Shown: positions 12,700 to 27,559 of the stretch, in pieces
Position numbering within the stretch: the stretch's first letter is position 1
Layout: each line of letters opens with the position of its first letter
NCBI RefSeq assembly: GCF_006345805.1
Contig: NC_043017.1
Location: 7,130,001 to 7,194,000 of the forward strand
Source of the DNA: Octopus sinensis
Lineage: Eukaryota
Direction of reading: 5' to 3'
Length of the DNA stretch: 64,000 bases
The notes under the pieces: generated by a model
Databases searched by the model: none
The model's input: only the letters and a program-made list of their open reading frames with translations
Told to the model about the DNA's origin: nothing
Translations under genes and position numbers: made by a program

Positions 12700-15600
12700 A
12701 ATGTTCTAAATTAAGAATTTCTATCAAAATTTCATGTTAATTTATTTCAAAGACCCAGCTTAATAATCATTAAGTCAGCTAGCTTTTTCATTAGCTTCGA
12801 AATTAATTGAAACAGTGTATTTGAACAGAAACATGGCAACCAAAAGGTCGAATAAATGATATACTGGATAATGACGTTGTCCTAGATACCACTCAAACAC
12901 ATGGAAAGGCGAACTGGTCACATCTGGAATGCCTTTAACCATACATCTGTTAGACGAGGAATGAATTGCGGCTAAACAACACGTGGCTGCAATGCTGAAG
13001 AATTAAACGAGAATAAAGTGACAATCTTTTATCTTCCACTTGTTTCAGTCATTGAACTGTGGCCATGCTGGGGCACTGCCTTGAAGAGAGGTTTTTAGTA
13101 AAATGAATTGACCCCAAAATTTATTTCTTTTTTTAAAGCCTAGTAGTTATTCTATTGGTGTCTTTTACAGAACCACTAGGTTACAGGTATATAAACAAAC
13201 CAACACCAGTTGCCATGTCGCAGCGGGGAACAAATACATTTTAACATATAAAGACACACACACACATATGTATATGTATATATATACATATATATATGAT
13301 GACTCCTTTCTGTTTCCATCTACCAAACTCACTCACATGGTTTTGGTCCGCTCAGTGCTACAGAAGACATCTGCCCAAGGTACCATGCAGTGGAACTGAA
13401 CCTGAATTTATGTGGTTGGGCTGCAAACTTCTTACCACACAGCCATGCCTATATATACATACATACATATATACATATACACACACACATGTATGTAAAA
13501 GAATGGCATAAATAAAAAATAAATAAATAAAACGAAAACATTATCTGACAAGAATATTTTAATAGACAGCTGTTCTTTGACAAACAATTTACAGCAATAA
13601 AGAATTGCTTTAAAAACAAGTTCCTTTCTCTTAAAATGGTTGTTAAAAACCGTTTTTTGTTTTTTTTTTCAATAAAAACCATTTCAGTCAATCACCATTG
13701 ATTTTTAAATCAGATTTTATTGAGTATTTTCTTTTTTATTTTAATTTTTTATTCCCAAGAGGTGATCCTGTAGATTATCGACATTATGTCAGGAATTGTC
13801 ATCTTACCGTTTTTCTGTTTTATTTGTGCTTTGGTTGCCCTCCTTTCCTTAGAAAATTGTTTTAGCTACACCTACCTACCTACCCTTATATAATGCAGTG
13901 TAGCCATGTATATCCTCTACAGCAAGACACTTGTGCTTGCCCTTCTCCTATACTTTTTAACCTTTCAACATCTGACACAAAAACAGCCCCTCCACACTTT
14001 TGGTCAGGGGGACTTGTCCCTCCTTTATTGTACTTGTCTAGCAAGTTACTTAGGGACCTCACAAACAGAGCACCCCTGTTTACTTCATAATGTTTTTGGC
14101 ATTAGGAAGGGCATCCAGCCCTAGAAACCATGCCAAAGATGTCATTGAAGATCTCCAAAGCCCTGCTCCTGCAGCTTACTGGATCTTGTCAAATTCTTCA
14201 ACCCATGCCAGCATGGAAAATGGATGTTAAATGGATGACTGGCAGAAACGTTAGCACGCCGGGCGAAATGCATAGCCGTATTTTGTCTGCCGTTACGTTC
14301 TGAGTTCAAATTCCACTGAGGTCGACTTTGCCTTTCATCCTTTCGGGGTCAATAAATTAAGTACCAGTTACACACTGGGGTCGATGTAATCGACTTAATC
14401 CATTTGTCTGTCCTTGTTTGTCCCCTCTATGTTTAGCCCCTTGTGGGCAATAAAGAAACAGATATGTACACTTATCATGGAACTCCTTCAGAGTCGAGCA
14501 AGATTAACCCACTCTTTGGCCAATGTCCAACTGGAATAAGTTTAACCTGAAACCAATGTTCCCTCCATGCTGCGTGATTGTGCGTGCACATGTGCTTTAT
14601 AACTAATACACAACAGGAAAGAAGAAAAAAAACGTTTGCACATAAGGTTTTGAAAAATGAAACCCTTTTTCTTTTTTAATTGAAGAAATCTTAGCAATTC
14701 TCAGTCGTATTACCTGGATGGATGCACACTTATTTTACAAAGGAAGACAAGATTTGCACACAAACAAGTTTCTAAACACACAGAGTAAAAAAAAAAGGTT
14801 ACAGAGAATATTGCCTGAGATCAACTATTTCCAACACAAACTATAACCATATCACACACCATGTAGCATGAGGCCTCTACATGAACCTACATGACTCAAG
14901 TCACTCTACTGTTTTAAATAAAAAAAGAACATATTGGATATTTATTCTTAGATGTATTCCCAAAATGACAAAATGGTTACAATTAGAATAAACATGTTCC
15001 TTTAAAAAAGAATAATTTTGCTACTTATTACAGGCCTTTGTCATCTCCACTGTGAAGTTCAGCCCTGTGAAATCTGCTTTCAACATACCTTCCAATGGGT
15101 TCCTCTCTCACAGGTTTCTTCCACTTGGATCACCTGGTATTTTTTTTACCCTCCTAATCCATACAAGATTCTAAGCTTTGGAATGTCTTTAATTTCATAA
15201 TAAATTCAACAGCTGGAGTTTGAACTGAGAATGCTGAGAACCAGAAGATATACTGTAAAGCCCTTCTGTCAACATGCCAATGATTCTGCCAGTTTCACGC
15301 CCTCAAAGCAATGTGAAATGAAATGCTTCACTGAAGAACACAACATGCCACCAACTCTGGGAATTGAACTCACGATCTGGTAATCAGGAGCGAAACACCT
15401 TAACCACTGGGCCATATAATACAACTCAACATTTAAAAGTATATTCTCTAACATTGTACTTAGTCCAATCTACACAAGTAATCATCATCATCATCATCAT
15501 TTAATGTCCACTTTCCATGCCAGCATGGGTTGGACGGTTTGACTGAGGAAAGGCAAGCCAGGAGACTGCACCGGGCTCCAATCTGATCTGGCAAGGTTTC

Positions 15601-16957
15601 TACAGCTGGATGTCCTTCTTAATGCCAACCATTCCAAAAGTGTAGTGGGTGAGGGTCCATGGGTTTAAAATGGTTGAGAGCCACTGAACCAGATAGTCAT
15701 GTATAGATTAGGAGGGTTATCATTGTGTGTGTGTAGTTATGTGGCTTAGTGGTTAGGCTATGGCACTCACAATCTCAAGATTGTGGTTTCAATTCTCAAA
15801 CCAGGTGGTGCGCTGTGTTTTTGAGCAAAACACTTTATTTCACGTTGCTCCAGTCCGCTCGGCTGTAAACGGTCACCCCATGGCAGACAGGCATCTAATG
15901 CAGGGAAGACGTTATGATCTTGGTCACTTCCATACCATAGGAACCGGTCAACAAAACCTATGAACCACAGAACTTGAGACAGTGATGTCACAGGGTTGAT
16001 GATGGCAGGGGGGGAGGTAGGCTATAGCAGTGATTAGCAATTAGTTAATTAGTTACAATCAATGATCATAAAGGTAGGTGGGGTTTGATAGTGTTCTACC
16101 CCAACACCTGAATATCACAATTGGTTAATTGGCAGAGGAGTATTTTGCAATAAATAGGCTTTGGAGGTTGGTGTCTTATTTTGACCTTTTACTCATTTCA
16201 GTCTTTAGACTGTGGCCATGCTGGGGCACCACCTTGAAGAATTTTTAGTTGAATGAATCGACCCCAGTACTTACGTATTTTAAGTCTGGTGGTACTTATT
16301 CTATCGATTTGTTTTGCTGAACCGCTAGGTTTTGGGGATGTAAACACACCAAGGCCAGTTTGTCAAGTAGTGCCTTGACTTCATGTGATAGATGTAAACA
16401 CAAACTGATATAATAAGCATATACAGAGAAATATTTGTATGTGAAAACATCAATGATTGTTTATTCAGTGTAAACAAACAGCAACATACCACAGCATATG
16501 CAGAATGTCTGAAGGAGAGGAGAGAGAATGTATGTGTGTGTGTGTGTGTATCATTATCAGCATCATTTGAAATAATATTTATGTACATGTATTTCTGTAT
16601 TCCTACACACACACACACACACAATAATTGTTATTATTATGCAAAAGTGTCGTAAGTACAAAACGTTGCTTTTTCAGAAAATGTAAAAAATAGTTTCACC
16701 ATTCCATAGCAAAACTGTTGTACTACAGTTTGACCAAAAGAACCAGCTATTGCAAGCAAAAATAAATATTAAAAAAAAAAAAAAAGTATTTGGACGTACG
16801 ACAGTTTAACATAATAGCTACGAGATATACCAACACACACACAAGAAATTAGGAGTAGCATATACAATAAACTATCAGCTTTGAGCAAACAATCACATGG
16901 GTTGAGTATTTTCTCTCCTGTCTCTAGACACATACACACACGTGTGTATGTGTATAT

Positions 16958-17305
16958 CATCATCATCATCGTTTAACGTCCGTTCTCCATGCTAGCATGG
17001 GTTGGACGGTTCGACCGGGGATCTGGGCAGCCAGAAGGCTGCATCAGGCTCCAATCTTATCTGGCAATGTTTCTACAGCTGGATGCCCTTCCTAACGCCA
17101 ACCACTCCGTGAGTGTAGTGGATGCTTTTTACGTGCCACCCGCACAGGTGCCAGGCGAGGCTGGCAATGGCCACGGTCGGATTGGTGCATTTTACGTGCC
17201 ACCGGCACGGAAGCCAGTCGAGGCGGCGCTGGCATCGGCCACGATTCGGATAGTGCTTTTTACGTACCACCAGTCCAGGGGTCCTGGCATCTGCCGGGTG
17301 CCAGT
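16958..17305 (-). mobile_element. LINE/SINE 3' tail family ending in (GAT)n; many copies
   Basis: Recurrent gttaggaagggcatccagctgtagaaac...aacccatgctagcatggagaacggacgttaaacgatgatg; also at 15480-15650, 41400-41575, 47980-48170, 50870-51150, 59352-59500. Confidence 0.75.
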
Positions 17306-18084
17306 CATATATATATGTATGTATTTTACTACAAAGTTTGGAGAACTGGTGGTAAAGAATAAGTTCAATGAAGGTGTGTGAATATATACAACTGAGATAA
17401 TTAACATCGCTGTTGATATAGTGTGTTGTTTGTCTAATCCAATAAAACTACGTTATTATTGCAACAGCATTCCAATAGTGACCAACCAGCCTGTAGGGTA
17501 TTATTTAATGCCTTTTCCTTATTTAAAACAGTACAGTGTGATATGCAGGAAATTTGCCTGCTATTTCTAGCATGTATTGAGAACCCTATGGTCAAAGTTA
17601 TTCTAGACGGAGGTCAAGAATACGTATACCACCCGCTTTAGGCGTAACCCGTAACCCTAAACACCGGGTGTACGTATTCTTTACTTTCGCCGACCACCCC
17701 TGCTTAAGATTTTTTCCCATCTTGGGGTCCGCTGTTCAGTGTTTCCCTTCTCGTTTTAAGACGATTGGATGTGGTTTGAGGTAGGATTTAGCAGCTATTT
17801 TTAACAGCTCTATTGACCACATTCGGGCTCCTTATGCAATGTAATGTAGTATATAAGCCGTTGTGAAGTGTGATGAAACACAGTACGGGAATGGTGCGGC
17901 GGTGCTGTGGAGGGCGGCGTGGAGTTGTGTTGTGTGTGTGAACAACATCTTAGGATGAAATAGATTGTTCCTTAACATCTTTATTGATCGCCTTAAGAAC
18001 CTGATCACTTTTCTCTGCTGTGGAAATCTGAGATAACACACAGACACACACATTCAGAACTACAAAGACAGTACAAAATGAACT

Positions 18085-18245
18085 CATACACACACACACA
18101 CAAAACATATATATATATATACATATATATATATACATATATATATACATACACATATATATATATATACATAAATATATACATATACATATATATACAT
18201 AAATATATACATATACATAAATATATATACATATATATATATAAC

Positions 18246-18293
<48 letters not shown>

Positions 18294-18673
18294 ACATATA
18301 CATATATATACATATACATACATATACATACATATATATACATATACATACATATACATACATATATATACATATACATACATATATATACATATACATA
18401 TATATACATATACATATATATACATATATATACATATACATACATATATATACATATACATATATATATACATATACATATATATATATACATATACATA
18501 TATATACATATACATATATATATACATATACATATATATACATATACATATATACATATATATTATATATATATACACATATAATATATATACATATACA
18601 TATATATACATATACATACATATATATATACACATATATATACATATACATATATATATACATATACATACAC

Positions 18674-18704
<31 letters not shown>

Positions 18705-18850
18705 ATACACATATATATACATATACACATATATATACATATACATACATATATATATACACATATATATACATATACATATATATACATATACATACAT
18801 ATACATATATATACATATATATATATATAATATACAACATATATATACAT
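18085..18850. repeat. (TA)/(TACATA) compound microsatellite
   Basis: Directly visible. Confidence 0.97.
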
Positions 18851-21498
18851 ACTAAAAACTACAAAAACAGAACCACATACACAAGCACTTTATACAAAGA
18901 TACACAAATAGTTACATATTCTCCTCACGATCAAAACAACAAAAGCTATACATACACGCTGTGTGTGTGTGTATACACACAAAAGCATTCAAAACTACAA
19001 AAACTCTCTCTTTCTATACACACGCACTCTCTTTCTCTCTCTCTCTCTCCCCACACACATTTTCAAATATTTAAAACCAGTTACAAACACACATTCAAAT
19101 CATATCCACGCATTCATTTGTCTAAAAATCTCTCTTCTCTAAAGTATAATCTAGAAATTTGAACGACTCGGCTTTCTTTCGGGTTTTTGGCCACAAATTG
19201 AAAGTAGGGAATATTGACATTCTTTGGTAATGTCCAAGCGAACGTGTCGAAGAGGCAACTCTTACCATTCTTTTTCTTTCTTCAGTTTTCTGTTTTTGAT
19301 TCATGTCTTCAAAAACGGAAATTACGATTTTCCGGAGAGGGAAGAAAAAATTAAGAAATAAGAAAAAAAAGACATCTTTCCAAATTTTTCTTCTCCAACA
19401 CCCTCAATTTTTTTGTTTCTAATATCATTATTATTATTATTACTACTACTACTAGCAATCGTTAGTGCATCTGATAAAATGCTTAATGTCATTTCGTCCG
19501 ACTTTACGTTCTGAGTTCGAACTTCGCCGGGGTCGACTTAGTCTTCTGTTCCTATCAAGATCGATAAAATAAAGACCTAGTTATGCACTGGGATCAATAT
19601 AATCGACTAAACACATCCTCAAAATTGTTGGCCTTGTGCCAACATTAGAAAAAATGATCATCATTACTATTATTATTGAGATGTCGCCGAGGTCGACTTT
19701 GCCTTTCATCCTTTCGGGGTCGATAAATTAAGTACCAGTTACGCACTGGGGTCGATGTAATCGATTTAATCCGTTTGTCTGTCCTTGTTTGTCCTCTCTG
19801 TGTTTAGCCTCTTGTGGGTAGTAAAGAAATAGGTATTTCGTCGGTCTTTACGTTTTTTGAGTTCAAATTCCGCCGAGGTCGACTTTGCCTTTCATCCTTT
19901 TGGGGTCGATAAAGTAAGTACCAGTTCCGTACTGGGGTCGAAGTAATCGACATAACCACTTCCCCAACATTTCAGGCCTAACCCTAACTGTACCTTTAGT
20001 AGAAAGGATTATTATTATTATGATGATGATGATGCAGCGAGTTGGCAGAATCGTTAGCACGCCGGGCGAAATGCTTAGCTGTATTTCGTCTGCCGCTACG
20101 TTCTGAGTTCAAATTCCGCCGAGGTTGACTTTGCCTTTCATCCTTTTGGGGTCAATTAAATAAGCACCAGTTACGCACTGGGGGTCGATATAATCGACTT
20201 ATTCCCTTCCCCCAAATTTGAGGCCTTGTGCTTCCAGTAGAAACGACTATTATTATGCCCATCGACATTTCGCTCGCCTTTACGAGTTCAAGTACCCCTG
20301 AGATCGACATAGTTTTGCATCCTTTCGAAATCGATAAAATAAAAATACGACTCAGGCACTGAGGTCGATGTAATCGACCCCGGCCCCAAATTCCAGTCCT
20401 TGTGTCTACAGCAGAAAGAATTATCATCATTATTATTATTTATTCGTTTTTTTATATCTTCCTTTGGATGGGAGGGGATCCACGTTTTTTTTTAAAACAA
20501 AGATTACATTTCTGAGAGAGAGAGAAAAAAATCCTTTCCAAAATATCAATAACCGATCACTTAACGATAATTTTCCATTTTCAATTTGTGATCATAAACC
20601 GACAAGTAAATTATATCTTCATCTAAATATTTCGACGAATTTTCTTGTCTCTCATAAAAGCTTAGATTGTTAAGATATTGATTTAAAATTCAGTACAGCA
20701 ATTGAAATAACGATCTTTCTTCGTGTGAGCGCGCGCACACACACACACACACACATATATATGCATACATACATACATACAGACCTATATACATATACGT
20801 GCATAAACATAGAAACATACAACATATACGAGCATACAATATATGTACATACACACACGCATACTACATATACATACTCATACTACACACACAATCACTC
20901 TTGGCAAGACTCAATTTAGTAAAGAATGACAATTTAGTGTAAAAAAAAATACCACAAAAACACCCACGAGAAAAGGTCGTTAGCATTGCGTTGAATATAT
21001 CAAATATTCTTTCGGTTGTCGACACGGAAATATATTTATTTCTATCAAGTGTAGTGTTTGTTAGTGAAGATGTGAAGATCTATATGAAACAATAAACCAC
21101 AGGCAGAGATTTACTTGATGACCAAATTTGCAGTTCTGAGTGGAAGAAATTTACGATTTAACAAGAACCAAAGGCAGAAATTCCGTTCCCGAAAGAGAAA
21201 AAAAACTATATATAAAATTAACTTAAAAATTAAGAGGGAAAAATATGAATATGTATGTGATTCTTTATTACCCACAAGGGGCTAAACATAGAAGGGACAA
21301 ACAAGGACAGACAAATGGATTAAGTCGATTACATCGACCCCAGTGCGTAACTGGTACTTAATTTATCGACCCCGAAAGGATGAAAGGCAAAGTCGACCTC
21401 GGTGAAAATATGAATATGTATGATGACAACTTGGATATCCTTCCATAATCTATATATATTTCAAATCTTAATTGTGTATGATACAAGTCACAGAAATA

Positions 21499-21533
<35 letters not shown>

Positions 21534-21704
21534 CAAGAATTAATATTGCGTAGATATAAAATATTTCTTCGCATAGTAGTTTAGCAAAGAGCTCAATGAA
21601 ATAGTTCTCTGCGTGTGTGCGTGTCGCTCAGCGTAAGTGAAATAATAAAATTTAGAAGTATATAATGTGGTATAAGTATGTGTGTGTATATTTAGGTAGG
21701 TAGG

Positions 21705-21733
21705 TAGATAGATAGATAGATAGATAGACAGAT

Positions 21734-21822
<89 letters not shown>
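21705..21822. repeat. (GATA)n microsatellite
   Basis: Directly visible. Confidence 0.97.
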
Positions 21823-24800
21823 GGTGTGTGTGTATAATTACATTTGTGTGTGTGAGGATACGCGTATGGTAATGCAAGCGTGCTTTTTATTGAAATCATC
21901 CGACTCTGTTCGCTAAAAATAATGGAAATAAAAAGAGAGAGAAGCTAGGCCAGTGCTTGGTTGTTTTAAAGTGTGTGTTTGCGATTAAGAGAGAGAGAGC
22001 GCGAGACAAAGGTGCCACTTCTTTGCTTTTGTGCTGACCCACTTTTAGATGAGAGAAGTTCATAGGTAGGTTCTGACGACGACCACGACGACAGCAGCTC
22101 GATCGATTTGTTAGAAACAGATCAACTCATAATTTATTATTACCATCGCCACCACCACCACCACGATGAGTGCGCTGATCAGCAGCAGCGGGAGGATAAG
22201 CAAGCAGGCAAGAGGCAGGCAGTGATATAAACCGAAAAAAAAAAAAAGGAAAGGAAAGGAAAAGAAAAAGACGATCGACACCCGCCAAAATCGGAGATTT
22301 CTAAAAATGAGATACTTTGGCTTTGATGTGTGTGTGTGTAAAATGTAAGAATTTCACAGCTCCTACACAAGTGAAGAAGAGAGAGAGAGAGAAGGTGATA
22401 GAGAGGAGCCATCACTGTGTATTGCATGCACGTAAACTGTGTCTGCGAATCTCTCTCATTCTCTCTATATATATATAAATATGTAACTATATATATGTGT
22501 ATGTATCTACTATATACATATGTATATGTCTGTGTGTGCCAGGAAGTGAAAGAGAGAGAGAGAGATAGTGTGTCTGTGTGTGTGTGTAGGCGCTGTCTGT
22601 CTGCCTGCCTGTTTGTCTGCCATCGTTTCATTCGGTGCAACAAACACACACGGAAGGAAGATTGAGGTTAAATGGTTCGAAATGAAAAATTCTCTTTAAT
22701 TTTTGTTATGCAGAAATAGATCGACATTGTGTACCTAGGTCTGCTTTATCCAATGCCTCCTTCTTTATTACTATTATTATTATTATTATTGGCAATGTTT
22801 TGCCTTTGGTATAACATTATTATTAAGACAGGAGGGTGTGATTTGAGAAAGATTTGACTGCTATTTTTAGCGAGATTGCAGGTGGAGTGATGACGGCGTA
22901 GCTTAGAAGACGAAGACATGTTTAGTTGGAAATGTGAAGTGGCATAATTCGTTCATGAGTCTGTTGAATAAACTTCACGTTTTCCCAACATCAATAAATC
23001 ATAAATGGTTTCTTTTTGACTCATCATATCGAGTTCTTTTGAGTCATATAAATAAATAAATAATTCTTTCTATTATAGGCAGGCATAAGGATTGAAATTC
23101 GAGGAGAGGGATTAGTCAATTACATCGACTCCAGTGCTCGACTGGTGCTTATTTCATCGACCTCGAAAGGATGAAAAGCAAAACTGACGTCGTTGGAATT
23201 TGAACTTAGAACGCAAAAGACCTAGAAGAAATGCCGCTAAGCATTTTGTCCGATGTGCCATCGACTCTACCAGTTTGCCACCTTAATGATAATTAAGAGA
23301 GTAATTTTTTTTTTTTTAGGAAACGAGGCCAGTAATTTTGTGGGGAGAGGGTCAGTCGATATCGAGCCCTGTACATAAGTGGTACTTTTATGTGCCCCTG
23401 AAATGACAAAAATCAAAACTGACTGTACTTGATTGAAGCCAAAATTGACTTCGGCGGAATCTGAACTCAGAATGTTATAAGCCTGCATAAATAACGATTC
23501 CCGATTAAGGCACGATTTCGAGAGAAAGGGCTTAATCGATACAATTGACCCAGAAGTAGATTAACACTTTATTTTATCGACCCCCAGAGGAATGAAAGGC
23601 AAAGTTGGGCTCGGCAGGATTTGAGTTCAAATAGTAAAAGAAGACAAATGCCGCAAAGCATCCCCCACTCCAATGCTCTAACGATTTTGAATATCCATCG
23701 CCCTTTATTTAATGGCTACTGACTTAGGCAAAAGACCAGCTATTTTGATGGGAAGTGGTTAATCGACCCCAGTACTAGACAGGTACTTTATTATATCGAC
23801 CCCAGAAGGATAAAAGACAAAGTTGGTCTCGCAGGGATTTTAACTCAAGAGCCGAAAGAAATACCAAAAGGTATTTTTCCGACGCTCTAACAATTCCGTT
23901 AGCTGGCCTTATAAAAATGGTCTCAAATTTTGGAACAAGGCCAGCAATTTCGGGGTGGAGTGGGGTTAAATAGTTTACATCGACCCCAGTGCTCAACCGG
24001 TACTTATTTTATCGAACCAGAAGGGATGAAAGGCAGAGTTGACTCCGGGCTAAAGACGGGACTGCCCGGCGCGCTACAACGATTCTGCTAGCTCGCCGCC
24101 TTATAATAATGAAAATAGTGCTCTCTTTCAAAGTAAATTGTGCAGATAAGACCACACATATTTTGGAGGGAGAATAGTGCCGGTTTGAAATCAATACCTT
24201 CAGTAATTTGATTAGCAACTTTATCCGTATTCGATATACATCCCCCATGGGATGAAAACCAAAACCGACACCGATGCGATTTGAACTCTGAATATAAAGA
24301 GCTGTAACCAAATACCGCAAAAGAGGTATTTTACCCGACACTGTAAGGAACATTAGACACCGGGTCACATTATTATACGAAGAAGGGAGGGATTTAAGCG
24401 AATATATTAAAGCCAGATCAATTTCTAATCGTTGATAATGATTCACACAAAAAAAGTGTGAATAATATCAGCAACTCTACTAATTTTAGTCCCTTTGTAT
24501 AATTCCATTCATATGTAGGACCCTAAATATACTGAACTTTAATGTACAATTTGGCCATCACTGATTAAGCAAACCTATAACCAAAGGCAATCCAGCCTTG
24601 ACTGCCCTGTATTATTTTCTTTCTGGGCATTAGTGCTATTAAATAACAATTCAATTGCTTTTTCAAAAAAGAAAATGATTTAAGGGAGACTAGTTCTAGG
24701 TTAACAAACCATGTAGAAGCCGAAATGGAAGAACCCTCTCCGCGTTTGCATAAAAACCTCCTCATTGGCGGAGTTTCAAAAACCCCAATATCAAAAACCA

Positions 24801-27517
24801 TATTTGTTTAAACCCTAAATCGGAAACACTAATTTAATTCAATTTGCACACCTATAAATTTGTAAAATTAAAGCGTCGTTATTTTCCCCCAACACAAATG
24901 CGCGCCCCACACATGCAAAGTTGCAATCGTTTCTAACACTGAAAGATTCCTAAACCCTAATTAAGGATTCCCTCGTTATGAGGCGGTCGTTTTAGAAAAT
25001 GGGCAAAAAGTAAATATATTTTCGAGTAAGGAGAAGGAAATATTCAGAAATAAGAGTCTGAAATAAACAGAAGAATCGATAAAAAAAAACAAATACTGAA
25101 TTATTTCTAAGATGTGCTGCGTAAGTGCGCGTAAGGCTGAAGGAAACAAGTTATATATTTAAAACTTGTTGTACAGCCAACCCTCCAGGTCAGTACTAGT
25201 CGAGCGGACTTAAAAAGTATACGAGCAATGACCATCCTAACATATTTTGAAGGATAGTTCATCAAGAACCACATTATCAAAACGTTATCCCTTCTGGTTT
25301 TAAAACGGTATAACCGTGATGAAGGGAAATTTAACTGCTGCTCCTAACAGGGCCGAACGGGCACACAGACTTCTTTGTTGGTTCGCGTCACACAGATGAA
25401 CAAAATACGCTTGTGTACATCTATACATACATACACACACACAAGCAGTCACGCTGTACAAATCGACTGCTTATAGAATATTTGAAGAATGGGTAAATTT
25501 CGAAGAATATAACGTGTTTGTTGTCTTATCCAGTTGACATCCTTGGGTGAACCTTATGACTAAGAGTCTTCTAGCCGTGACAATCCCGTCTTTTATTCAA
25601 ACATAGTATATCCAGAACCAGTTTCCTCGGATTTTAGTCTGAATTATCTAACGTGTCCTTCGTTCTTGAAAAACAGTAGGGGGTGATTTGAGGGCGATTT
25701 GTCTATTGTTTCTGATAGCTTGAATGGTTTGTATAAGCGGCTCCATTTGGTAGCATATATACTTGCTATTGTTTAGCAACTATATATATACATATATATA
25801 TGATCCAGCAGATTATTGACCAACACATTTTATTCATATATAATAGCTAATTTCTAGGACTACATTATCCAATGTGCCCTCCCTATTTTCGAAGGCGATA
25901 AGCGTGAGTTGAAGGGCTACCTGGCTGCTATTTTTAACGAAATCGACCGACCACGTGGAAGTTTCCTCGTCTCGTACTGTGGTCTTATTTAAAAGGCGGT
26001 GCGCAATATGATGGTGGGGAAAAGAAGAAGAAAAAAAAAAGAGAAGAAAGCCAGATATAAATGCAAACTTCAGAAACTTATACAGGCGCTATTTTCAAAT
26101 AAAAATTATACGGCTTATAGGAAAAGTAAGCCAGCAAGCAGAATGGTAACAGCAACGAAAATATTACACACAAGAAACAAAGGCTTCACTCGTTTGGCGA
26201 AAGGAGAAGCGATATTGTGTCTAGATTTTACGAAGACACGTCTCAGAAATATGACTTATATTGCATATTGTATACGCACATGCATACACGTAATGAATAT
26301 ATATGTGTGTGTATATATATATATAATGCGTGTGTGTCTGTCTCTATGTGGAAAGCTTCCCTTCTATATCAGTTAGTTATAGGAGTGGGTAATCTCTATT
26401 CTAACAAAGCCGACTGACATGGCTAGTCGGTGCTGGAATTAAAACAGTGTGGAGGAGGAATAGAGAGAGAGAGAGAGAGAAGCAGAAGAAAAAAAACCAG
26501 GCAGAGAGAAGGAAAAGGTGGGGAGACGAGTGAGTGCTATATGGAGAAAGATCGTTTGATTTCACTGCATTGTCATTATATTATATGTGGTGTGGTGGTA
26601 GGAGACATATAAGCATCAAGTATTGCTGCTTTTGGCGCCCAGATTCGCTCTTCCACAAACAACAATATCCAACTAGCGAGCCGCTGTGTAGAGAAGCTCG
26701 GTCTGCTAGAAATAGCAGCTATGTCCACCCGCCCACGAATCTAACTCTTACTGCTTAAACAAACAAACAAGATCAAAACAGAAGGGCGCGTTGGATAATA
26801 ATGTTCTGTGTATACAATAGTCTTGGGGGAAAGATGGTCAAGGCTGGAATGCCTTTGATCATAGGTTTGCTCGCTCGCTCTGAGTTTGACCTGAGGCTAT
26901 AAACACTATTACAGCATGCAGGTACGCACATACACACATTGATAGAGCGCGAAGCGTGAAAGAGATGAATCGAGAGAGACAGAGAGGTAAAATAAAAAAA
27001 CAGATAGGTAGATAAAGTAGAAGAATGAAGGAATAGATAAAAATAGAAAAGTGAAAAGAGAATGCCGGATTTAGGAAGTAGAACAGAGAGAGTTAAGTGT
27101 TTTTAAGAAGTGCTCCACTAATATAGTAGTAGAAAAATAAAAATGAAATAAACAAAGGGGGAGGTGAGAAGAAGAATTAGTGAGATAATGAGGAGATGTA
27201 GTATATTAAATAGATAGATAGACATGGTGCTTTCGTTAATTGTTGAAGGCGAAAAAAAAAAGAGAAGCGAAATGTATGGAAACAAAGAGAAAAAAGGAAG
27301 GCAGCCAAGTTGGTTGGTGACGACGGGTCCATCCGCCTTTGTTTCTTCTTCAAAACGTTATTATTGAATGGATGGATCAGAAGAGAGACTTAATAGTTAC
27401 TCACTTGTAAACAATGGATTAAAATCTATTAAGACAGATTAATTACTGTATTGCTTGCGGTCGTCGTTGTTTGTTGCTACTCAGGTTTGAAGAGGAATTT
27501 TTTTTCCTTTGCTAATG

Positions 27518-27559
<42 letters not shown>

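Noticed and set aside
17950-18850. Long Y/I/M/C/V-rich ORFs up to 296 aa
   Set aside because: Translations of a TA/TACA microsatellite.
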